From assembly GCA_964499655.1 (NCBI GenBank), contig CAZCLT010000001.1, positions 1,647 to 45,752 on the forward strand: 44,106 nucleotides of DNA, read 5' to 3'. The DNA comes from an uncultured Gammaproteobacteria bacterium (GTDB taxonomy: Bacteria; Patescibacteriota; Patescibacteriia; UBA9934). The position numbers and the translations under genes are program-made. Under the pieces are notes generated by a model. It ran no database searches and had not been told where the DNA came from. It saw only the letters and a program-made list of their open reading frames with translations. Positions 8,441 to 14,834 of the stretch are shown piece by piece (the first letter of the stretch is position 1; each line of letters opens with the position of its first letter).

Positions 8441-9325
8441 GTGTCCCTTTCGTCCGAAACCGCAATCCGCCCCGCCACCACCACCTCGTCCGCCACCGGT
8501 CGTCCCCCGACCACGGACTCCTCGCCCGGCTACAAGCCCGAGGTCAACGCCGCGCTCATGCGGCGCCGCGACAAGCTCGTCGAGATCATCCGCAACGACC
8601 TCAAGGAATGCTCGTCCCGGTCCATCCAGGGTAGCCTCTACCTGCTGCTCATCGCGGTCACCATGCGCTTCACCAACACCCTCAAGCGCCTGGCCGAGTT
8701 CCGCGACCTGTACGGCCTGATCAAGGGCTGCGAGATCGACAGCGTCAAGAAGTTCGCCACGGCCCTGCCGACGGACGTGACGCTCGACGAGGTGATCGAC
8801 GACGACACCAAGTCGGCCATCGAGCTGGCCAAGATGCTCGGCAAGGTCGCCCAGCTGCGCTCCCTGGTCGCGAAGACCGACGCGGGCAACCTCGAGTTCT
8901 ACGACCGGCTCCGGGGCGAGATCGAAGCGGGCAAGATCAACTCCTTCGGGGCGCTCTGCGACCGGCTGCCGACGTTCATCGTCGACCTGGACGACGACAT
9001 GCGCCGCGCCCGCAACCACTTCCGCGATGAGCGCGATGCCCAACGCACCGTGATCATCAACTTCCAGACCAAGGCGAACGCCGACGTGAAGCAGGACATC
9101 AGCTTCACCACCTTCGGCACCGTCAAGAACGCCATCCTGCGCGTGCTGCGTCAGATGATCGGTGACTTCGCCGAGCCGGCGCTGATCCCCGCCTGGCAGC
9201 AGCTGCGCAAGAAGTGCAACAACAACGAGTACACCAGCATCGGCTCCTTCCTCGCCGACGTGCCCGAGCAGTTGCGCCACAAGGCCAACCAGCTGACCGC
9301 CGCGCCGCCGATGGACAACAAGTAG
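8441..9325 (+). CDS. Orphan protein (294 aa) encoded in compositionally foreign, G/C-ending codons; function unknown
   Basis: The GTG start at 8441 follows GGAG (8430-8433) by 7 nt. The G/C third-position bias begins at this codon and is absent from 8342-8440, so the track's TTG start at 8342 is unlikely. The protein has an N-terminal S/T/P-rich tail and then a predicted helical body. I recognise no motif. Confidence 0.6.
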   Translation: MSLSSETAIRPATTTSSATGRPPTTDSSPGYKPEVNAALMRRRDKLVEIIRNDLKECSSRSIQGSLYLLLIAVTMRFTNTLKRLAEFRDLYGLIKGCEIDSVKKFATALPTDVTLDEVIDDDTKSAIELAKMLGKVAQLRSLVAKTDAGNLEFYDRLRGEIEAGKINSFGALCDRLPTFIVDLDDDMRRARNHFRDERDAQRTVIINFQTKANADVKQDISFTTFGTVKNAILRVLRQMIGDFAEPALIPAWQQLRKKCNNNEYTSIGSFLADVPEQLRHKANQLTAAPPMDNK

Positions 9326-9334
9326 CGCCTCTTT

Positions 9335-9380
9335 CCCCTGTCCTCCACCGTAACCTGGTGGCCACGGGGGCTCTTTTTTT
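9335..9380 (+). terminator. Intrinsic terminator of the high-GC cassette
   Basis: CCCCTGT...CCACC-gtaacct-GGTGG...ACGGGGG forms an interrupted hairpin, followed by CTCTTTTTTT. Confidence 0.6.
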
Positions 9381-9391
9381 ATCAATCACGA

Positions 9392-9420
9392 TTGACATTT
9401 CAGTGATTTTTTGTTAATAT
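9392..9420 (+). promoter_or_regulatory. Promoter of rnpB (TTGACA-17-TAATAT)
   Basis: TTGACA 9392-9397, 17-nt spacer, TAATAT 9415-9420. The RNase P RNA P1 helix starts about 10 nt downstream. Confidence 0.6.
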
Positions 9421-9430
9421 GCCCACGCTT

Positions 9431-9822
9431 AGAAAACTAGATGACTGCTGGATATTAGCCTTTACGGGTGGGTATTCAGAGGAAAGTCCGAACACCCTTG
9501 AGCCAGCAATGGCTCATGACAAAGAACATCGCTAACGGCGATCGAGTGATATCTATAAACTTAGGGAAAGTGCCACAGAGACAATACTAGTTCTCCGTCT
9601 CTCGAGAATGGAGAATGAAAAGTGAAAAGTGTCGCGGTGTCCGTAGCCAGCTCAGCTGGCACCGGGCTACGCGGCTCGCTCCATGGCAACATGGAAGCGT
9701 GGTAAACCCGTTCTGGTGCAAGAGCAAATTTGGTAGCTCGCATGAGTCGGCTAGCAATAGCCGAACTAGAGAGATAGTCGTCACCTCGCAAGAGGATACA
9801 AAATTCGGCTTACCGGTTTTCT
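9431..9822 (+). ncRNA. rnpB: RNase P RNA, bacterial type A
   Basis: Universal motifs are present: GAGGAAAGTCCG (9479-9490), GGGAAAGTGCCACAGAGA, GGTAAACCC and ACAAAATTCGGCTTAC (9798-9813). P1 pairs AGAAAAC (9431-9437) with GTTTTCT (9816-9822). Confidence 0.88.
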
Positions 9823-9829
9823 GAGCAAC

Positions 9830-9860
9830 AAAAAATTCGTCCCTGCGACGAGTTTTTTGT
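9830..9860 (+). terminator. Intrinsic terminator after rnpB
   Basis: AAAAAATTCGTC-cctgc-GACGAGTTTTTT hairpin with a T-run. Confidence 0.75.
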
Positions 9861-9866
9861 TATACT
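9858..9866 (+). promoter_or_regulatory. Extended -10 (TGtTATACT) 8 nt upstream of ATG 9875; leaderless-type
   Basis: TATACT at 9861-9866 and ATG at 9875. The track's TTG start at 9857 lies inside this promoter. Confidence 0.45.
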
Positions 9867-9874
9867 GGCGCCAT

Positions 9875-11275
9875 ATGAAACGGGCTGATTTATTTTTTGC
9901 TGGACTTTTGGTGCCATTGGATTATTTAACACTGTTGGGAGCAGCGGCCGCGGCGTATGGCCTACGCTTTTCACCGTTTTTCAAGAACTTGCGAGCGATC
10001 ATTTTTGATCTCAACTTTGACGATTACATGCAAACCGTGGCCTTGGCTGCACTGGTTTGGTTACTGATTTTTGCCTTGTCTGGCCTGTACGCCTTCCGCC
10101 CCCACCGCTTAGCCGTGGAGATCACCCGTATCATCTTGGCCTGTTCCACTGGCATCGCGGCGATACTTGCCATTGCCTTCTTCTCGCGCGAACTGTTCGA
10201 ATCGCGTTTCATCTTATTGGCCGTTTGGGTGCTGACGATTGTCTTCGTGACCATCGAGCGCCTACTGGTTCGCGGGCTACAACGTTCACTGCGCCAGTTC
10301 GGCTATGGCCTGAAGCACGTGGTGATTATCGGCAAAACCGATGCCGGCAATACCCTGCACAATTACTTTGAAAAAAATCCTCGCCACGGTTTTGCCATGG
10401 CTGGCCACTTCGCGCACTTTAACGAAGACATTGCCAAAAGCATCCTGAGCCTCAAGAAAAAAGATCGCGCTGACCTGTTGGTCTTTGCCAACCCTAACGC
10501 CGAAATCAAAGAAATTAAGGAAGCGAAAACTTTTACCGACATTGAACATCTTTCGTTCTTCTACTCGGCGGAAATCTTCCCAGCCGCCGGCGTTCAGCCG
10601 ATTATTCACACTCTGGCTGGCCAACCAGTGATCGAAGTGCCCAAAACACCGCTGGACGGTTGGGGCGCGATTTATAAACGCCTGTTCGATATTGTCGGCT
10701 CGCTCTTCTTGATCATTCTGTCGTCACCGATCCAGCTCTTAACGGCCATCGCCCTATTCATCGAACAACCCGGCAACGTCTTCTTCTTCCATGAACGCGT
10801 GGGCCAGGGCGGACAAAAATATCAGCACCTAAAGTTCCGATCGATGGTTCGCGATGCTCATAAATTCCGATTTGACCCTGAATTTCTCAAGCAGTACGGC
10901 AATGAACGCCAAGGCGGACCGCTTTTCAAATTGGCACATGATCCACGCATCACCAAAGTCGGCGCCTTGATTCGTAAGCTCTCCATCGATGAAATTCCCG
11001 AGTTCTACATGGTACTCGTCGGCCGGATGAGTCTGGTCGGTCCGCGCCCGCATTTGCCTGGCGAGGTGGCTAATTATCTGCCCGATCAACGCCGCGTGCT
11101 CACCATCAAACCCGGCATCACCGGCATGGCCCAAGTTTCCGGCCGCGCCGATCTAACGTTCGACGAAGAAGTCCGGCTCGACATGTTCTACATCGAAAAC
11201 TGGAACCCCTGGCTCGACATCGTGATTCTACTCAAAACCCCGTTGGTCGTGTTCTTCAAAAAAGGTGCCTACTAA
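9875..11275 (+). CDS. Polyprenyl-phosphate glycosyl-1-phosphate transferase (bacterial sugar transferase, WbaP/CpsE-like)
   Basis: N-terminal TM bundle. The C-terminal domain reads KRLFDIVGSLFLIILSSPI...HLKFRSM...PLFKLAHDPRITKVGALIRKLSIDEIPEF...MSLVGPRP. Confidence 0.85.
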   Translation: MKRADLFFAGLLVPLDYLTLLGAAAAAYGLRFSPFFKNLRAIIFDLNFDDYMQTVALAALVWLLIFALSGLYAFRPHRLAVEITRIILACSTGIAAILAIAFFSRELFESRFILLAVWVLTIVFVTIERLLVRGLQRSLRQFGYGLKHVVIIGKTDAGNTLHNYFEKNPRHGFAMAGHFAHFNEDIAKSILSLKKKDRADLLVFANPNAEIKEIKEAKTFTDIEHLSFFYSAEIFPAAGVQPIIHTLAGQPVIEVPKTPLDGWGAIYKRLFDIVGSLFLIILSSPIQLLTAIALFIEQPGNVFFFHERVGQGGQKYQHLKFRSMVRDAHKFRFDPEFLKQYGNERQGGPLFKLAHDPRITKVGALIRKLSIDEIPEFYMVLVGRMSLVGPRPHLPGEVANYLPDQRRVLTIKPGITGMAQVSGRADLTFDEEVRLDMFYIENWNPWLDIVILLKTPLVVFFKKGAY

Positions 11276-11290
11276 TACGCCTCCCCCTGC

Positions 11291-11310
11291 CCCCTCCATA
11301 AATGGAGGGG
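11291..11310. repeat. GC-rich palindromic element (CCCCTCCA-taaa-TGGAGGGG), intergenic copy
   Basis: Perfect 8-bp stem with a 4-nt loop, 16 nt after the stop. No T-run. Related copies lie at 13175-13194 and 13225-13244. Confidence 0.6.
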
Positions 11311-11356
11311 AGTTCGAGATTGCCAAAACAGCTAAAATAAGATAATTTCAGGGGAC

Positions 11357-12469
11357 ATGAAAGTTGCTCTGGTCCATGACCACCTGACCCAATCCGGAGG
11401 CGCCGAGCGCGTACTGGAAGCTTTGCAATCGCTCTATCCGAACGCCCCGACGTTTACTTTGCTTTACGACAAAAAAGCCATGACCGAGTTCAACCACCGG
11501 GACATTCGGCCATCTTTTTTGCAGAAATTTCCTTTGTCCCTTTCTCGCCCTCGCTGGTACTTGCCGCTGATGCCCACAGCCACCGAAAGCCATGATCTAT
11601 CGGGATACGACGTGATCATCTCGAGTTCCAGCGCTTTCTCTAAAGGCATTATTCCGCCAACTGATGCGATTCATCTCTGCTACTGCCACACGCCGACCAG
11701 ATATCTTTGGAGCGACACGCACAGCTATGTGGAAGAAATCTCAGCGCCCGGTTTTATCAAAAAATTACTCCCGCCGCTCCTCTCACGCCTGCGTCTGTGG
11801 GACAAACTGGCCGCTGATCGCGTTGACCATTTCATCGCTAACTCAGAAACGGTCGCGCGACGCATCAGTAAATATTATCGCCGAGAAAGTGATGTGATTT
11901 ACCCACCGGTCGACATCGATCACTTTTCGATTTCTGATAAACCGAAAGAATTTTATTTGATTGGTGGTCGGCTAGTTCCCTACAAGCGCTACGACGTGGT
12001 CGTGGAAGCCTTCAACAAGCTTGGATTACCACTCGTCGTTTTTGGCAGTGGCCCGCAAGAGAAAAAATTACGCGCGATGGCTCGACCGAACGTCAAATTC
12101 GTTGGCCGCGTTTCTAACGAAGAACGGGCGCGACTTTTTTCCGAAGCAATCGCTTTCATTCATCCGCAAGAAGAAGATTTCGGCATCACACCTGTGGAAG
12201 CGATGGCGGCCGGCACGCCGGTCATTGCCCTGCGCCAAGGTGGCGCTATTGAGACGGTCATTGATGGCGTGACGGGCGTACTTTTTGATGAGCAATCCTG
12301 GCAAGAAATTGCTAACACGGTGTTACATTTTGATCGAACCAAGTTTGATTCCCAAGTGATCAGAAAGCACGCACAGCAATTCTCGCTTCAGAATTTCCAC
12401 CAAAAAATCAGCGAATATGTTAACAAAAAATGGGAAATTCAACGTCGAAAAATAATTGGTCAGTTGTAA
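11357..12469 (+). CDS. Glycosyltransferase, GT4 family
   Basis: 370 aa. MKVALVHDHLTQSGGAERV at the N-terminus and the C-terminal EDFGITPVEAMAAGTPVIA...GGAIETVIDGVTG (EX7E-type motif). Confidence 0.8.
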   Translation: MKVALVHDHLTQSGGAERVLEALQSLYPNAPTFTLLYDKKAMTEFNHRDIRPSFLQKFPLSLSRPRWYLPLMPTATESHDLSGYDVIISSSSAFSKGIIPPTDAIHLCYCHTPTRYLWSDTHSYVEEISAPGFIKKLLPPLLSRLRLWDKLAADRVDHFIANSETVARRISKYYRRESDVIYPPVDIDHFSISDKPKEFYLIGGRLVPYKRYDVVVEAFNKLGLPLVVFGSGPQEKKLRAMARPNVKFVGRVSNEERARLFSEAIAFIHPQEEDFGITPVEAMAAGTPVIALRQGGAIETVIDGVTGVLFDEQSWQEIANTVLHFDRTKFDSQVIRKHAQQFSLQNFHQKISEYVNKKWEIQRRKIIGQL

Positions 12470-12470
12470 T

Positions 12471-13691
12471 GTGGAAATCGGGATCGACATCCGACACCTG
12501 GCAACGGCGAGCCCTTCTGGGGTCGGTCTGTATACGATTGCGGTGATTGAGGCGATGGCGAAATTGGCGCCAACCGATAATTTTTGGTTGTTCGCCGCCG
12601 GTACGGAATCGACGATGGACCGATTGCCGGAGTTCAAGTCAGACAACATTCGAGTGGTAAAAAAGAATTGGCCGAATAAAATTTTGTCGTTGGGTTTATT
12701 ATCTGGACGAATTACGCTCGAAGACCTGATGCCCGTTAAACTTGATGCCTGGTGGTTTCCCAATTTGAACATCATCAACACCAAACTTCCCTACTTGATC
12801 ACAGCCCACGACCTATCGTTCAAGTTTTTTCCGAAATTCCTGACCGTCAAGACTAAGTCTTGGCACAAAGTTGTCGCGCCAACCAAACTTTATACCAACG
12901 CAAAAAAAATTCTCGCCGTTTCGCAAAGCACCAAGCGCGATCTGATGTTTTCGATGAACCTACCCTCTGATCAAATCGCCGTCACGCCGCTCGGTTACGA
13001 TCCCATCACTTACCAACCCCGCCGCCAGCCGAGTGACGGTCAATTCCGAGCAGCGCATGGAATAAACTTCCCATACTTTTTGTCGCTGTGCACGCTCGAG
13101 CCGCGAAAAAATTTAATTTCGGTCGTCGAGGGTTACACAACTTGGCGCCAACACCTCAAAAGCGCCCCCTCCGTCTCCCCCATAAATGGGGGAGTGTTTC
13201 CCGAATTAACTAATTCAAGATCCACCCCTCCAGACATGGAGGGGCCGGGGGAGGCTCCCCATCTCGTGATCGCTGGCGGCGTCGGCTGGAAATCTGGTGC
13301 CTTGCATCGAGCAATCCAATCTTCGTATTTCCGTGATCAAATCCACCTCACCGGTTACGTACCCGAAAAGCACAAAGGAGCCCTGTACCGAGGTGCTAGC
13401 GCCTTCATCTTCCCCTCGTTTTACGAAGGTTTTGGCCTGCCGGTGCTAGAAGCAATGGCTTGCGGCACACCCGTAATCGCCTCGTTTACCAGTTCTCTGC
13501 CCGAAATCGTCGGCCAGGCCGGCCTGCTCGTGGACCCCTACCGCCCGAGCGACATTACTCAGGCCTTAACCCTCGTGAGCGACCCTCAAACCGCTGAACT
13601 CCTACGCTCAAGAGGGCTCGAACAAGCCAAAAATTTCTCCTGGACTAAAACCGCCCAGTTAACCCTCGAAGCCGTGCGCCAAATGTGCTAA
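12471..13691 (+). CDS. Glycosyltransferase, GT4 family, carrying an in-frame palindromic insertion
   Basis: GTG 12471 gives MEIGIDIRHL, typical of GT4. The track's TTG start at 12456 overlaps the previous gene. C-terminal motif FPSFYEGFGLPVLEAMACGTPVIAS. Confidence 0.75.
   Translation: MEIGIDIRHLATASPSGVGLYTIAVIEAMAKLAPTDNFWLFAAGTESTMDRLPEFKSDNIRVVKKNWPNKILSLGLLSGRITLEDLMPVKLDAWWFPNLNIINTKLPYLITAHDLSFKFFPKFLTVKTKSWHKVVAPTKLYTNAKKILAVSQSTKRDLMFSMNLPSDQIAVTPLGYDPITYQPRRQPSDGQFRAAHGINFPYFLSLCTLEPRKNLISVVEGYTTWRQHLKSAPSVSPINGGVFPELTNSRSTPPDMEGPGEAPHLVIAGGVGWKSGALHRAIQSSYFRDQIHLTGYVPEKHKGALYRGASAFIFPSFYEGFGLPVLEAMACGTPVIASFTSSLPEIVGQAGLLVDPYRPSDITQALTLVSDPQTAELLRSRGLEQAKNFSWTKTAQLTLEAVRQMC
13165..13262. 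repeat. Cluster of GC-rich palindromes embedded in frame in the GT4 gene
   Basis: CTCCCCCA-taaa-TGGGGGAG (13175-13194), CCCCTCCA-gaca-TGGAGGGG (13225-13244) and GGGGAGgCTCCCC (13248-13260). Together they are translated as SAPSVSPINGGVFPELTNSRSTPPDMEGPGEAP. Confidence 0.65.
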
Positions 13692-13700
13692 AATAGGCGC

Positions 13701-14831
13701 ATGAGAATCGGCATCGATGCTAGATTTTATGGTCCCCGAGTGGGGGGTGGAGGCATAGGTCGCTATGTCGCTGAATTAGTGACCAATTTGCAATTGCTCG
13801 ACCACGAAAACGAGTACGTTCTCTTCCTCAAAAAGGAAAATTTTCACGAGTGCGTGATCACCAATCACCGCTTTGAAAAACGCCTAGTCGATGTTCACTG
13901 GTACACGCTGGCCGAACAGCGCCAAATGCCTGGCGAAATCAAACGGGCCCGGGTCGATTTCATGCACTACCCGCACTGGAACATCCCGATCTTTTCCCGG
14001 GTGCCGTTCATGGTCACCATCCACGATTTAATCCTGCTCGAAGACCCGCAGTCCGCCCGTTCGACCACCCGCGGTGCTCTGATTCACGGCTTCAAGTACG
14101 CTGGCTTCCGTACGGTGCTCGAAAGCGCTGTCCACCGCTCAAAGCACATCATCTCGGTCTCAAACTACACCAAGGAATCCATCTTACGTCACTTCGGTAT
14201 CAAGGAATCAAAAATTTCTGTTATTCCCAATGGCGTTAATCCGCCAATCAATGTCCGCGATGTGAGCCTGACCGATTTGGGCGTTTACGAACCGTACTTC
14301 CTGTACGTCGGTAACGCCTACCCACACAAAAATTTGGAGATGATGCTCCACACCTTTGCTCGCTACTTGGAAAATCACCCACACACCCAGCTGGTGCTGG
14401 CTGGTCGCCGCGACGTCTTTTCCCATCGATTGGAGCGCGAAGCTAATGAAATTGGTTTGCCAATCGGTGCAATTCGTTTTATCGATCTACCAACCGACAA
14501 CGAACTCTCCGAACTTTACCGTCACGCCAACCTGTTCATTTTCCCCTCCCGTCTAGAAGGCTTTGGCATTCCGCCATTAGAAGCGATGAGCTACGGAACG
14601 GCCGTGGCCGCGGCTCAGGCCTCTTCGCTGCCTGAAATCCTAGCCGATGGCGCCAGTTGGTTTGCGCCAGATGATACCGAAGCGCTAGAAACGATCATGA
14701 CTCAAGCTACTGACGATTTACCAAGCCTACAGCCTAAGCGCGACCACGGATTGAAAATCGCGAGCGAATTTAGCTGGCCGAATGCCGCGCGAAAAACTCT
14801 CGAACTCTACAATCGCTTCCCCACCCTTTAA
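13701..14831 (+). CDS. Glycosyltransferase, GT4 family
   Basis: 376 aa. MRIGIDARFYG... at the N-terminus and the C-terminal FPSRLEGFGIPPLEAMSYGTAVAAA. Confidence 0.8.
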   Translation: MRIGIDARFYGPRVGGGGIGRYVAELVTNLQLLDHENEYVLFLKKENFHECVITNHRFEKRLVDVHWYTLAEQRQMPGEIKRARVDFMHYPHWNIPIFSRVPFMVTIHDLILLEDPQSARSTTRGALIHGFKYAGFRTVLESAVHRSKHIISVSNYTKESILRHFGIKESKISVIPNGVNPPINVRDVSLTDLGVYEPYFLYVGNAYPHKNLEMMLHTFARYLENHPHTQLVLAGRRDVFSHRLEREANEIGLPIGAIRFIDLPTDNELSELYRHANLFIFPSRLEGFGIPPLEAMSYGTAVAAAQASSLPEILADGASWFAPDDTEALETIMTQATDDLPSLQPKRDHGLKIASEFSWPNAARKTLELYNRFPTL

Positions 14832-14834
14832 CGC

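Noticed and set aside
8408-9385. A 325-aa ORF antisense to the high-GC gene, plus smaller ORFs at 9123-9398, 9151-9348 and 8638-9135
   Set aside because: These are shadow ORFs, expected opposite any gene written in G/C-ending codons. The translation is the typical L/V/G/A/D/R/E-rich nonsense. The G/C third-position periodicity fits the plus-strand frame, and the promoter, SD and terminator are all plus-oriented.
9561-9824. ORFs 9561-9791, 9587-9784 and 9615-9824
   Set aside because: They lie entirely within the RNase P RNA gene.
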